DNA of 64,000 bases, from the NCBI GenBank assembly GCA_964016885.1, contig OZ024742.1, positions 86,552,001 to 86,616,000 on the forward strand. The letters are read 5' to 3'. Origin of the DNA: Eledone cirrhosa. Taxonomy: Eukaryota. The position numbers and the translations under genes are program-made. Below the pieces are notes generated by a model. The model had not been told where the DNA came from. It made no database searches and was given only the letters and a program-made list of their open reading frames with translations. This document shows, in pieces, positions 12,501-25,760 of this stretch; positions within the stretch are counted from its first letter, which is position 1, and every line of letters starts with the position of its first letter.

Positions 12501-13684
12501 GCCATAAGCGCAGTAAATTCCCGAGCTGTGTCTATTATTAGGTACAGTGCGGGAATTCTGAGATGGAATGTTGCTGAACAAAAAGAAATGGATAGGAAGA
12601 CTAGGAAGCTATTGACTATCTACAACATGTTCCACAAGAGGAGTGATGTCGATAGACTCTACCTAAGGAGATCTGAGGGTGGAAGAGGTCTTATCAGCAT
12701 AGAGGACTGTGTTCAGATGGAGAAAAACAACCTATACAAATACGTGACCTATAGTAAGGAGCCAATGCTCAGAGCTGTACTGAAGGAGGGGACAGTAGGC
12801 CAGGGGATACCCAAGGAGGAAATAACATCAAGGAGGAAGAGCAGCCTTAAGGGAAAATCCCTTCATAGTACCTTCTTTGAGAAAACTGAATTTAGAGATC
12901 CACAGACATGGAACTGGTTGAGAAGAGGAGACCTCAAAAAGGCTACAGAAGGAATGCTAATGGCTGCGCAGGAGCAGGCCCTCAAAACGAAGTGGTTGAA
13001 GCACCATATCTACAAGGAGGAGGCTAGCCCACCGTGCAGGATCTGTGGAGAGAGAGAGGAGACTGTGGCTCACATTGTGTCCGAGTGTAAACACCTAGCC
13101 CAGACCCACTATAAGGGCTGGAGACACGATGTGATGGGCAGGGTGATCCACTGGCACCTGTGCAAAGTAAACAATCTACCACATTCTGAGAAATGGTATG
13201 AGCATAGGCCAGAGGCGGTGATGGAGAACACTCAGGTGAAGGTGCTGTGGGATTTTAGGATACAGACGGACAAAAAAAACTGGAACACAATAGACCTGAC
13301 CTGGTGGTTGTGGACAAAGAAAAAAGATCGTGCCTGATTGTGGATGTGGCCTGCCCGTTCGACACGAGAGTGCAAGAGAAGGAGAGGGAGAAAATTAACC
13401 GTTACCAGGACCTAAAGTGGGAGGTGAAAAGGATTTGGAACTGCCATGAAGTCAAAGTGATCCCGATTGTCATAGGCGCACTGTGGACTATCTCCAAAGG
13501 TTTCCAGGGATGGTTAAAGAAAATCGGCCCCTTCACGCTTTTTGGAACGCTTCAAAAGGCATGCTTGCTTGGAACGGCAAGAACCCTCCGATACGTCCTG
13601 AATATCTGAGGCTGCAGGTAGTGGCTTGATATTCAATCCAACGGACTTTCCAGTTAACCAACATCAATGACTGAGATTCAAGGA
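9499..13684 (+). mobile_element. R4/Dong-clade non-LTR retrotransposon, copy 3
   Basis: Offset 4247 bp from copy 2 and nearly identical to it; (AAT)n on both sides. Confidence 0.93.
10215..13609 (+). CDS. R4/Dong RT-RLE protein, intact except for one frameshift at an A8 run
   Basis: 1040-aa ORF 10215-13337 plus the overlapping frame to 13609 (DVACPFD, KINRYQDL, PIVIGAL, LQKACLLGTARTLR), which is open to the natural stop. Confidence 0.9.
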
Positions 13685-13713
13685 ATAACAATAACAATAA
13701 TAATAATAATAAT

Positions 13714-14768
13714 AATCAATCACCTCCTCTTCATGGACGATCTTAAGCTCTTCGGGAAGAGTGAGAAGGAGTTGGATGTGCTTGTTGACACTGTCCGTAT
13801 TTTCAGCAGTGATATATGTATGCAGTTTGGTATTAGTAAGTGTGGAGTCATTGTGATGAGGAGGGGTAGGTTGAGCAGAAGTAACGGAATCCAGATACCA
13901 ACAGGTGAGATGATAAAGGAAATTAACTCTGAGGAAGGATACAAGTATTTGGGCGTTCTGGCGGCTGATGGCATAAAGAACAAAAAAATGAAGGAATTGT
14001 TAATAACTGAATACATTCGGAGAGTAAGGAGCGTATTGAAGTCACATCTGAACAGCAGAAATGCCATAAGCGCAGTAAATTCCCGAGCTGTGTCTATTAT
14101 TAGGTACAGTGCGGGAATTCTGAGATGGAATGTTGCCGAACAAAAAGAAATGGATAGGAAGACTAGGAAGCTATTGACTATCTACAACATGTTCCACAAG
14201 AGCAGTGATGTCGATAAACTCTATCTAAGGAGATCTGAGGGTGGAAGAGGTCTTATCAGCATAGAGGACTGTGTTCAGATGGAGTAAAACAACCTATACA
14301 AATACGTGACTGATAGTAAGGAGCCAATGCTCAGAACTGTACTGAAGGAGGGGACAGTAGGCCAGGGGATTCCAAGGAGGAAATAACATCAAGGAGAAAG
14401 AGCAGCCTTCAGGGAAAATCCCTTCATATTACCTTCTTTGAGAAAACTGAATTTAGAGATCCACAGACAAGGAACTGGTTGAGAAGAGGAGACCTTATAA
14501 AGGCTACAGAAGGAATGTTAATGGCTGCGCAGGAGCAGGCCCTCAAAACGAAGTGGTTGAAACACCATATTTACAAGGAGGAAGCTAGCCCACTGTGCAG
14601 GATCTGTGGAGAGAGAGAGGAGACTGAGAGGACATTGTATCCGAGTGTAAACACCTAGCCCAGACCCACTATAAGGGCTGGAGACATGATGTGATGGCTG
14701 CAGGTAGTGGCTTGATATTCATTCCAACGGACTTTCCGGTTAACCAACATCAATGACTGAGATTCAAG

Positions 14769-14770
<2 letters not shown>
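13714..14770 (+). mobile_element. R4/Dong copy 4: 5'-truncated, with an internal deletion of the endonuclease
   Basis: Starts at INHLLFMDD directly after (AAT)n. Jumps from RHDVM to the 3' UTR (ggctgcaggtagtgg) near 14696. Followed by an (AAT)n-(AAGAAT)-(AAG)n compound tail to ~14857. Confidence 0.9.
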
Positions 14771-14819
<49 letters not shown>

Positions 14820-15383
14820 GAATAAGAATAAGAATAAGAAGAAGAAGAAGAAGAAGATTCCTGATGACGTTAGGAAGTGAACATCTTCACACTATATATA
14901 TATATATTTCAGTCCGATTGGTAAATCTTAAAAAAAAACAGAGAAATCTGTTCAGTTTCCATCTCTTGCAATGATATATGTCATTTTTTAACGTTATATG
15001 TCATTTTTTTGTTTGTTTTGAAAGATTCAAATTTTGAAATATATTGAATGAAAAGAAAAAAGTATCTCTTGCTTTTTGAAACAACAGAAGAGGCACATTT
15101 TTAGTTGAATATTTAGTTGCAAATTTTTACCTATACATAACATTGTGAATCGTGTGGATACTACTAGTCTACTTTGAAATATGGGAATTGTTAATCCAAT
15201 CAAGGAATTTGCTTTTATTTTAAATCTTTAAAATGTTAGCTTAACATTTGAATAAACATAACATTTACACGTTTTACACCTAGCATTGTATGGAAAGAAT
15301 TATCTTATTTACTGCATCCAGGAATTATAATTCAGCAGAAGCATGACGTTATAAACATTGCATTCAACAATATGAAAACTGAC

Positions 15384-15496
15384 AGAATTGCCTGGAGACA
15401 ATATTTTCTCCCTGTCATTTTTAGTTAAACTAAATATCATTGTCATTTAGTTTAACTAAAAATGACAGGGAGAAAATATTGTCTCCAGGCAATTCT
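15384..15496. repeat. Perfect 52-bp inverted repeat with a 9-nt loop
   Basis: 15384-15435 is the exact reverse complement of 15445-15496. Confidence 0.95.
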
Positions 15497-17169
15497 CTCA
15501 TTTAAATATCATTGTCATTTAAAAAACAGAAAATACCAAATAAATATCTCATAATGCTGCTTTATATATTTCTTGTGAAGCAACATAGTTTCTCTCTCAG
15601 TTATTAACACGTCATGGTGTCATTCATTTTCTATTAATCTAAACAGCATAGATTATGTATTATTTTCAAAGACTAACAACTATGTAATATCAACTCTCTT
15701 TCATGTAATGCAGTGTTATTGTAAAATAAAGTACATGCAATGAAATGATGTATGCAGCGACATTCATTGGATCATGTAAAACTGCATTATTGGCCAGCAA
15801 ACATATACTATGAATTAGCTTACATGGCGCTATTTCACACTGATTCAAATTGGATATTAAATTTCGCACCTAGATTAATTGAAATAGAGTTAGTGTGCAT
15901 CTACAAACATGCTTGATTTATGGAAATTAATTAAAATATACAAAGAAAACTCCCGCTGTTTATAATCGTCATCTTTTTAGCCTTGCGGAAAGTATATTTC
16001 TAACCATTATACTTTCTATTGAATACTCCAACTTGGAAATAATTCACCTACCATCTGAGGACTTCGGTTCCAGTAATATTTTTAAATATAACATAATTAC
16101 ATCAACTAATTATTCACGATGTCTTATATTCTCAAGTTAATTAACATAAGTTTCGGAAAATCTCACCAAATATATATCTTCAATTGTCCACAAGTAGTTG
16201 GTTAGACAAAGTGCAACGGACGTAGGATAATTAGAATCATTTGAATTTACATGAGTCCTGCGAAATAAACTGTAGGGATTCCACATATTACACATATTTA
16301 AGGTGTTTACAGAATTGTACACATATGGTTATACACGGATACACACACACATATATATACATATACGATTGTATCTATACAAACTAATAGAAAATATGCT
16401 TATAAATGAGCCGGAATTCTTATCCTTTGTCTTTTCACATTTTTTTGTCTCTCACTCATTTTATCCAATAAAAAATATGTAATTTTGCGAAATCCAGAGA
16501 CTTTTAATAATTACCAGAAGTCGATCCTAAATATTACTAATAGCATTAGGAGAGCCACAACTTGTTTTACTTTGATTTTGAAAGTAGGGGTCTAATTATC
16601 AATTTCATTATACTATCGTAACTGTCTAGGTGCCCTAGTCTGAGGAATCAGAGACGGTGGTGATATTGGTCTTAAGTTCGATTCTAGTCGGAGTACAGTT
16701 CCCGTTGATTCTTTTCAGTTTTTTTTTCTATGGGTTGTAAAATAAAAACTGAAAAAAGAAGGTTACATGTACCTCTTTATCAAAATTGAACCCAGGACCA
16801 GGGTTACCACTGTCGGTAGTTCCTACGCCACAGAGACAACTACGAAAATATTATGAAAATTCATACTTATAAACATATTTTCAAAATTTTCCAAACAAAG
16901 TGTTGTGGTTTCGTTCGTGTCTTTCTTAATGTTATTGCTCCTAGTTAAGGGTGATTTTAAAACTATTTGTGTGTTCCAAAATCTACATCCTATTTTGATT
17001 CACATCTATCTAGACTACATTTTAAGCGCTAATCCATGTCCCATTTATGTGGCACCTCATCCCCCCCTCTCTCTTTCTCTCTGTGATTTTTGAATCCACT
17101 ATGATTTAGTCTTACGTTATTCCTATGTATATGTTTTGCCTATCAGTTAGATTCAAACTTACAATGATT

Positions 17170-18456
17170 GACATTATATTCTGTAGCCAGGACGACGATT
17201 TCGAAACCCATTCGCTTCGCATGGTTTCCTGCTTCATCCAGCCTGGATATACCCCCACCTTCATCCAAGCTTCTCTCACCCGCGCCCGTTAAACAGACCG
17301 CACCACAGCCCTCTCACCTCACCCCGCTCTCCCAACACCATTGTTCCTTCCCCTTTCACCTACGACCCCAGCAGCCTACCACTCCGGCCACATATCCTCC
17401 GTTCCTTCTGAATCGTCTCTTCTGACCCCGTCACGTCTCGCTTTTTTCCAAACCCACCCGTTACTACTTTTAAGCGAGCTCGAAAACTCCGTGACCTCCT
17501 GGTTCGTAGTTCTTTTTCGACCTCTCACACAACTCCACCCGGCTCTCATCCTTGTTCCCGTTCTGCTGCAACACTTGTCCCTTTATTTCCGCCCTACCAC
17601 TCTTACAGGCCCTAACAGGATCTCTCGTATCCGCTATTCCTTCACCTGCACATACACCGACGTTGTCTATGCCCTCCGGTCTTCCCTTTGCGGGTCTTTG
17701 TATATCGGACAAACGGGACGCCGTACGGCGGACCGGTTTGCCGAACATTTGAGGGACATACGACTCGGTTTGGATACTCCCGTCGCCCGTCATTTCTGTT
17801 CTCCTGGTCATTCTTCCTTACATGTTTCAGTCATGGGTGTCCTTTTACATGTTGGATCACAGGCCTCGCGCACCAAGACTGGCCAAAGTATGATTCATCG
17901 TCTTGGGTCCTATTCCCCTCTTGGACTCAACCCACCTCCTCAATTTCTCTAATACCCCGTCCATTATCACACCCATAGATGTCTATCGCTTTCTCATTAC
18001 TCATAGCGTCGTACTTACATGCACACATACTCTTTTACTCACATATACACACGTATCTCTTCTTAGCTTCGTACAGACATAAACTAACACACACAAACAC
18101 ACACACATACTTACGCACGTACTCAAATATATCTCTTTTTACAAAACGGTTTTTTTTTCCATTTCAGGAAGACGCGCGCCATCATCCACTTTTCTAAAAA
18201 ACAAATCATACACAAAACGCCAGCACCACAGTTTTGCAAGTGATATCAACATGTGTGGACCTATTATTTTTATCTAAAGAAATGTTTTCCAATTTCATCC
18301 CGCCTGTTCCCTTAATCTAATTTATTTCTCATTATTTCTTCTGATGAAGGACTAGCGTCCGAAACGTTAAGACCCTCTTCCTGCTATTTCAAGCCATAAT
18401 CTAATATATACCTTCCACATACTCAACCGATTGTGTTGTTATTTCTGTTTACCTTT

Positions 18457-18458
<2 letters not shown>
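17170..18458 (+). mobile_element. Penelope-like element 3' part (Neptune-like), GIY-YIG endonuclease + pseudo-LTR
   Basis: ORF 17341-17952 contains FTCTYTDVVY...LYIGQTGRR...RFAEH...PVARHF...P.GLN. A hammerhead motif lies downstream. Ends at (TA)n. Confidence 0.85.
18337..18372 (+). ncRNA. Minimal hammerhead ribozyme (PLE type)
   Basis: TCTT-CTGATGA-A-GGAC tagc GTCC-GAAA-CGTT-AAGA: stem I TCTT/AAGA, stem II GGAC/GTCC, palindromic stem III ACGT. Confidence 0.8.
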
Positions 18459-18524
<66 letters not shown>

Positions 18525-18583
18525 TTAAACAAATAATGAATAAAACAATGAAACAGTTCCTTATATTAAACAAAAAAAATATA

Positions 18584-19427
<844 letters not shown>

Positions 19428-20187
19428 TATATATATATAAGAAAGTAAGTCCATAGAATCATTTGATAAAATATATACAGTATTTCCTCTCCCAAACAGC
19501 ATAATCAACCGCATAAAAAAATCAATTAAACGAGGCTATAAGTTTAAAATGTACCTATGAAGAAACGATAGAGAAATAAATGATACCTATATTATCCGCG
19601 ATCCACAGCCAGATAATATTTACCTAGTATTTCTAATAGCCCGTAGAAATCCACTATATATATAGTTAACCATACACAATTAGGTACAAAATCAAAGTTA
19701 GAAGAAAAAAATGTACAAAAACATACCAAAATCATGTTTCTACCACCGGAGATTCATTCGCATTTTGTAAATATCCGATCATGGATAAATCAACGAGTTT
19801 CGAAATCATCAGGAAACAGACTCAATTGGACAGAAATTTTTCTTAAATGATCCCCGCCAGAAACGAATTCAAAATGGCTAAGAATCGTCACATGGCCAGT
19901 GGTCAAGTCAAAAAGCTCGTTATTGGTGCCTGACGGCGAGTAGGCTGGTTGCTAAAGTGCGCAGCCTAATACTGCCTAAATTTTACTCAACCTTACGGGA
20001 GTATATAAAATATAGAGGTTTACATGCGTACCTCTCTCTCTCTCTCTGTCTATATATATATTTATATATATATATATAGGTTAACGCTTATATATATATA
20101 TATATATATATTGGTTAACGCTTATATATATATCTATATATCTATATATATATATATATAGGTTAACTCTCTCTCTCTCTCTTTGTC

Positions 20188-20221
<34 letters not shown>

Positions 20222-20227
20222 GGTTAA

Positions 20228-20390
20228 CGCTTGATATAGCAGGAAGAGGGTCTTAACGATCCGGACGTAGTCCTTCATCAGAAGAAAGAATGAGAAATAA
20301 AGTAGATTGAGGAGACGGGCGGGTTCGAATTGGAAAAAATGTCTTTAGATAAAAATAACAGGTCCATTCATGTTGACATCTCGTACATAC
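20228..20390 (-). mobile_element. Inverted pseudo-LTR fragment of the 17-18 kb PLE family with a mutated hammerhead
   Basis: Reverse complement aligns to ~18240-18395; the hammerhead reads CTGATGAAGGACTACGTCC-GGAT (GAAA box damaged). Confidence 0.8.
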
Positions 20391-20393
20391 AAT

Positions 20394-20566
20394 AATTGTT
20401 TCTACATTTGGCACAAGGCCAGCAAATACCAGTGTATTACTGGTCATTTATTTTATCGACCCCCCATAAGAATGAAAGGCAAAGTTAATCTTGGTGGCAT
20501 TTGGACCCAGAATGGGAAAGGGGCGTAACTCTATCCGTCAAAGCATGGCGTCCGACACTCTACCGT
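20394..20566 (-). mobile_element. tRNA-derived SINE
   Basis: Same family as 311-500. Confidence 0.8.
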
Positions 20567-21119
20567 AAATATATCTAAACTATAATAACGTAAGAAGTGA
20601 GGGAATGCGTACGGTTTATTTCTTTTAATCCAGTTAATAAAATAAGTTGGATTACTGTGAATAAATAATGAAGGAATATTACATAATGTATGTAGTAAAT
20701 TTTGTATTTATAAATAATTTAAAATTGACTTCTTTTCAAAGTTTCACATTTCTACACTTCCGGTATATCATCGCCACCACCACCTCCACTTCAACTACCA
20801 TATATATATATATAGAGAGAGAGAGTTTGTGATAAGAGAGATATAGTGATTATGATTTTCCATACGCTGACGCGTATGGTTGTGCACATATATGCGTCTA
20901 TATGTATGAGTATATAACTATTATGAGTACATAACTATAATCGCGCAAACACAAACTTATAAAAATACACTCACAGGGATATACATTCAGATAAATACAC
21001 ATACTTTCACACAAATATATACATATATTAACATATATACATTTACACAAACACATATTTACACAAACGCATGAGAGCAGCGTTCGGTGAATTGGGAACG
21101 GGACGGTAAAACGAGTACA

Positions 21120-21865
21120 ACGTTTTATTTATTTATTAACAACACAGTTTAACTCTTTTTTTTAAACACATTTGTATAAAAATTTTATGTAACTCATAAA
21201 GAACGAAAACACAAACAAATATAATATATTAAAAGCAAAGGAAAGCGAAAAAAAGAAAGAGAAAAAATATACAAGCACATATTGCACATATCTGAGACCA
21301 CATAGGTTGGATAATGTAGTTAGCTAACATCTTCGACGACGGGCGAAAGAGTGGGAACACGAGACGCTAGCAGAGCAAAAGATAGCAATATAGCGAGGAG
21401 CACAGGGAAACCTCTGTAATAATTTTTGAGGCAAGCCAGTACACTCGCAGCGTTACCTGTGGCGAGGTTGAGGTGCTGGAGCAACCAAGTGCCCTCACGA
21501 GCATCACCAGTTACCTTTGTTTAGCGAGCAGCTAGTGAAGATAAGAACTTCGCTGTCAGCAGCCTGACTCCCCCAAACGTCTCGAACGCCACAGGCTGGA
21601 TAATGTAGTTAGCTGACAGAACACGGTATTTTAGGATTTTGTTCCGTTTAGCTGCGGATACGGTTGCTCTCGCCCTTACCGCTGCATCCAGGATGTGGGA
21701 AGAAGCAAGAGTCACTAACGGTGACGTCCCAGGTAAGACACCTGCCTCATGACCAGGAGCACAGAGTAAGACTGTCAACTCTTTTCCCATCAGTTCTGGA
21801 CAACCCAGACGGTTCCAAAGTTGAGGGGCTGTTTGCCCGGGCCAAAGCTCTTGAGTGGTAATAGG
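21120..21865 (-). mobile_element. CRE-like non-LTR retrotransposon 3' fragment (RLE endonuclease)
   Basis: Minus strand pieces: LSRTDGKRVDSLTL..W..CLTWDVTV, ASSHI...KILKY..L...QPVAFETFG. This is the CRE-type RLE pattern. Boundaries approximate. Confidence 0.65.
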
Positions 21866-21989
21866 ACAGTGTGTATGTGCGCGCGCGAGTTTGTCGGTGT
21901 TCTTAAATTAGAGATATGGATATATGTGTGTGTGTGTGTCACTGTTTTTAAGTTACAGACATATATGTCACTGTTTTTAAGTTACAGAC

Positions 21990-22405
21990 ATATATGGTAT
22001 TCCTGCAAACTCTTACCGAGGATCATGAACCTTGATTAATGACCAAAAGAATACAATTGCAAATAAACGCGGCAGAAATGGGTCTTTGGAGTAACGTTAC
22101 TCGATAAATTGCATAGCTCAGAGACCAGAGAGTCACTCCTGGTAGAGCCGCTACTTCTCCAAATTGAGAGATCACAACTCCGATATTATGTGCATGTGGT
22201 TAGAATGTCTCAGTAAAGAATCGCTGGACACGTTTTACAGGCAGAACCAACCGGCAAGAAACCCAGAGGTAGACCCTGAGCAAGATAGCTTGGGGATACA
22301 GCTGGATCAGTTGGAGTTGTTTGCTTCTGACAGACTCGCTTGAAGGAGTGTTTGAGAAGGACTCTGCCCCCACGCCCCTCTTAGAAATAAAAGGGTGTAG
22401 AAGAA
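21990..22405 (+). mobile_element. RTE-clade (Rex3/Expander-like) LINE 3' fragment
   Basis: Translates in pieces as INAAEMG...RESLLVEPLLLQIERSQLRYY.HVVRM...GKKPRGRP. Confidence 0.75.
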
Positions 22406-22526
22406 GATATTGTCAATTTACTTTTCAAATTACATGTATATATATTTGCGTATAATACCAATATGCACACTACATATGCTAGCAGAAAACCGCCCGATGG
22501 CGGTTTTTCTGCTAGTAATAATAAGG

Positions 22527-22700
22527 ATTGTTTCTACTTTTGGCACAAGGCCAGCAATTATCCCAGTTACTGGTACTTTATTGTTTCGACCCCGTAAGGA
22601 TGAAAGGCAAAGTTAACCTCGGCGGGATTTGAACTCAGACCATAAAGGGCTGTAACTCTTTGCTGCAAAGCATGGCGTCCGACCCACTAACGGTACTGCT
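22527..22700 (-). mobile_element. tRNA-derived SINE
   Basis: Same family as 311-500. Confidence 0.85.
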
Positions 22701-22930
22701 ATAGGGCAATGAATTGGTTTTGCAAATTTGTTGATATGTAGTCGTGTTTAAACAAATATCGTTATTTTGGGGTTGTCTCATGTTGTTAACAATATTTCCA
22801 GAACTATACAACAACATATACACACACACACACTATATTAATGTGCAAACTAATTGCGTCGAAAGGTGGGATGCCGAATGAGCACACTCGGTGCTCTTAG
22901 GGAGAGATTATCAATAGTATTAATATATAA

Positions 22931-23117
22931 GGGTGAATTGGCAGTATCGGTAGAGGGTCGGACAGCATGATTTGACGCATAGTGTTACGGCCCTTTCCAT
23001 TCTGAGTTCAAATCGCGCCGAGGTTAACTTTGCCTTTCATCCTTACGGGGTCGATAAAATAAAGTACCAGTAATGTACTGGATAATTGCTGGCCTTGTGT
23101 CAATAGTAGAAACAATT
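22931..23117 (+). mobile_element. tRNA-derived SINE (near full length)
   Basis: A-box TGGCAGTATCGG, B-box GAGTTCAAATC, core GCCTTTCATCCTTACGGGGTCGATAAAAT. Confidence 0.88.
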
Positions 23118-23787
23118 AATATATAAGGGAACAAAGAATCAGTGTTGCATCATATACATATTTAATTACATATTACATATGTTTCACTGTCGATCAGCTC
23201 GAGGAACAATCTATTAATGATCGAAACTGATTCTGGAAGCGGAAGCTCCTTAGTTATGCATTAACATGTATACTCGTGTCTGAGAGTGGGTGAACAGTAT
23301 CCCGATTCGTATATGCTACCACAAATTCTGTCATAGTGGTGTGTCAGGTCACCGTTATACCAATCTTCCGTTATGTTACTGATGTTTTCCTGATTTGCAT
23401 GTGAATATAATATTGCTCGGGAGAATGACAGACCACATAACAGAGACTTCCTCATATATGTAATAATGAATAGTACATAATATCTTACACAGCATATAAC
23501 GCACTCATAAGAACACAAACACATATATACAATCAAAACATATGGGCATATATCCAACTTCTTCATACATCCTTTCTTTCGGAATATACCTTCCTGTGGT
23601 CGGTTATCTCATGTCTGCGGACAATCTATTAACCATCCGCCGGATTCTGTTTGAAACTTCCAAAGTTCACTACTTATGTCGCATTTTCAACTGATCCATT
23701 TATTTATTTTTTTAAAATAATCTATTAAGTTTTCATTCTAACATACTAGTATATCTGTATGATTTATTTTACACATGTGTCTGTGCA

Positions 23788-23821
<34 letters not shown>

Positions 23822-23822
<1 letters not shown>

Positions 23823-24153
23823 TGGTATACGGAATAGAAAATGCTGACAAATTGTTCACAGTTGAAAAATAGTTTAATCAGGAATAAAAGAGTATTAGTA
23901 ATTGTATAGGTTAGTATTCAGTGTTTCGACCCCCGTAAGGACGAAAGGCAAAGTTGACCTCGGCTGGATTTGAACTCAGACCATAAAAGGGCTGTAACTC
24001 TTTGCTACAAAGCATGGCGTCCGACCCTTTACCGGTACTGCCATAGGGCAATGAATTCGTTTTGCAAATTTGTTGATATGTAGTCGTGTTTAAACAAATA
24101 TCGTTATTTTTCAACTGTGAACAATTTGTCAGCATATTCTATTCCGTTTACCA
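23822..24153. mobile_element. MITE-like element with ~50-bp TIRs, containing a partial SINE (23925-24041, minus)
   Basis: TTGGTATACGGAATAGAAAATGCTGACAAATTGTTCACAGTTGAAAAATA is inverted at ~24105-24153; TA on both flanks. Confidence 0.6.
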
Positions 24154-24197
24154 ATATATAATAACATAATAACTTGTGTGTTACAACTCTATTCTTT

Positions 24198-24364
<167 letters not shown>

Positions 24365-24373
24365 TTATATATA

Positions 24374-25265
24374 CGAGGTGTGTCAGAACAGTTCTAGGAC
24401 TGATGTCTCAAAAGATTTATTTCAAACCCAAACTTCACACTGAGAGTTTTCTCTTTCAAAGTAATCCCCCTGGAGTATGTAACTGTAATATTAGCTCACT
24501 GCAGCGATCAAACTTCATTGTTCATAATTTTATATACATATCCTCTGTTTCAGGTCGTCAATCAATGAGCACAGAGCAACGAACAAACTCGGAAACTCCG
24601 TCGGAAGCACTGGAATTGCTGCAGCAAGTATATGGAGATGAGCCGATGTCGCGCGCATGTGTTTATGAGTGGTGCAATATGTTTAAAGAAGGATGCGAGG
24701 GCGTGGAAGATGACCCCAGGAGCGGAAGGCCCTCAACAACCAGGACTGAGATCAACGTTGAGCGCGTCAGGCAAAGGGTCCGTAGCGATCGTCGGCTGAC
24801 TGGTCGACTGATGTCAAATGAGCTGGGCATGAATCGGAACAGTGTCTGGAAGATTCTCACTAATGATTTAGACATGCGGAAAGTCTGCGCGAAGATGGTG
24901 CCAAAACTGCTGAACGATGACCAGAAGGGTCGACGCATGCAAGTGTGCAAGGACATCTTCGAGCGTCTTGAAACCGAACCAGACTTCCTAGGGACAATCT
25001 TCGCCGGTGATGAGTCATGGATCTTCGAGTACGACCCGGAGGGGACCCATTTTGAAGATGTTGACGACATCAAAAAGCTGTAACGACGGAGCTGCAGAGG
25101 ATCCCGCAAGAACCCTTCCAGGGTGCATGCAAGCGTGGCAAAAAAGGATGGAAAATGCATTAGACTCCAGGGGGATTACTTTGAAGGAGAAAACTCTTAG
25201 TGTGGAGTTTGGCTTTGAAATAAATCTTTTGTGACATGAGTCATGGACCTTTTATGACACACCTC

Positions 25266-25266
<1 letters not shown>
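24374..25266 (+). mobile_element. Internally deleted mariner (Tc1/mariner) DNA transposon
   Basis: TIRs CGAGGTGTGTCA...TGACACACCTCG with TA flanks. Transposase remnant DDPRSGRP...MVPKLL...[12 protein letters not shown] is fused directly to the C-terminal [11 protein letters not shown]. Confidence 0.92.
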
Positions 25267-25301
<35 letters not shown>

Positions 25302-25339
25302 AGCGAAAAGGTTTCTGTGAAATTTTTCATTACCTAATT

Positions 25340-25760
25340 ATGTTTAACACATCTAGGTGAGGCGCTTTTCTCTATATGTCAAGAAGTTCTTTATATCAGA
25401 TTGAATTGTTCCCAGTAGATCCTAAACATTCTCAAAATCAATGACAACATACAGCTGAAGCAGAAATTGCTTCCTGGGAACAATCTCCACTTTGTCTCAA
25501 CGTCCTCAGTTTCCTGAGGGAATTCGCTGAATATGGATGCAATACTATCTCGATACCCGATCCTGACATCGTTATCCACCAACGCTTCCCTATATATCCT
25601 GTCAGGCACCATGGACCCGTCAGTTTTTTTAAGCTTATTTGACTTTAGGTAGTCTAGGGTTGTAGATAATTACATGGTGATTAGTTGGTAGCTCTGACCA
25701 TCTCTTAAACGATTATCCAGCACAAAACCTGAGCCAATACAAATTCTGACAGCCGAGGGC
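25340..25760 (-). mobile_element. RTE-clade LINE fragment (end of the APE domain/linker)
   Basis: Minus strand reads KRWSELPTNHH (cf. RGAELSTDHH) and EDVETKWRLF; heavily decayed. Confidence 0.5.

Noticed and set aside
1765-12505. Repeated minus-strand ORFs within the R4/Dong copies
   Set aside because: Antisense shadows of the RT ORF with no independent motifs.
14855-14890. CTGATGA followed by a small hairpin
   Set aside because: No GAAA box or stems I/III; not a hammerhead.
16630-16700. GTTCGATTC B-box-like motif, possible tRNA
   Set aside because: No cloverleaf could be built; at most a decayed SINE head.
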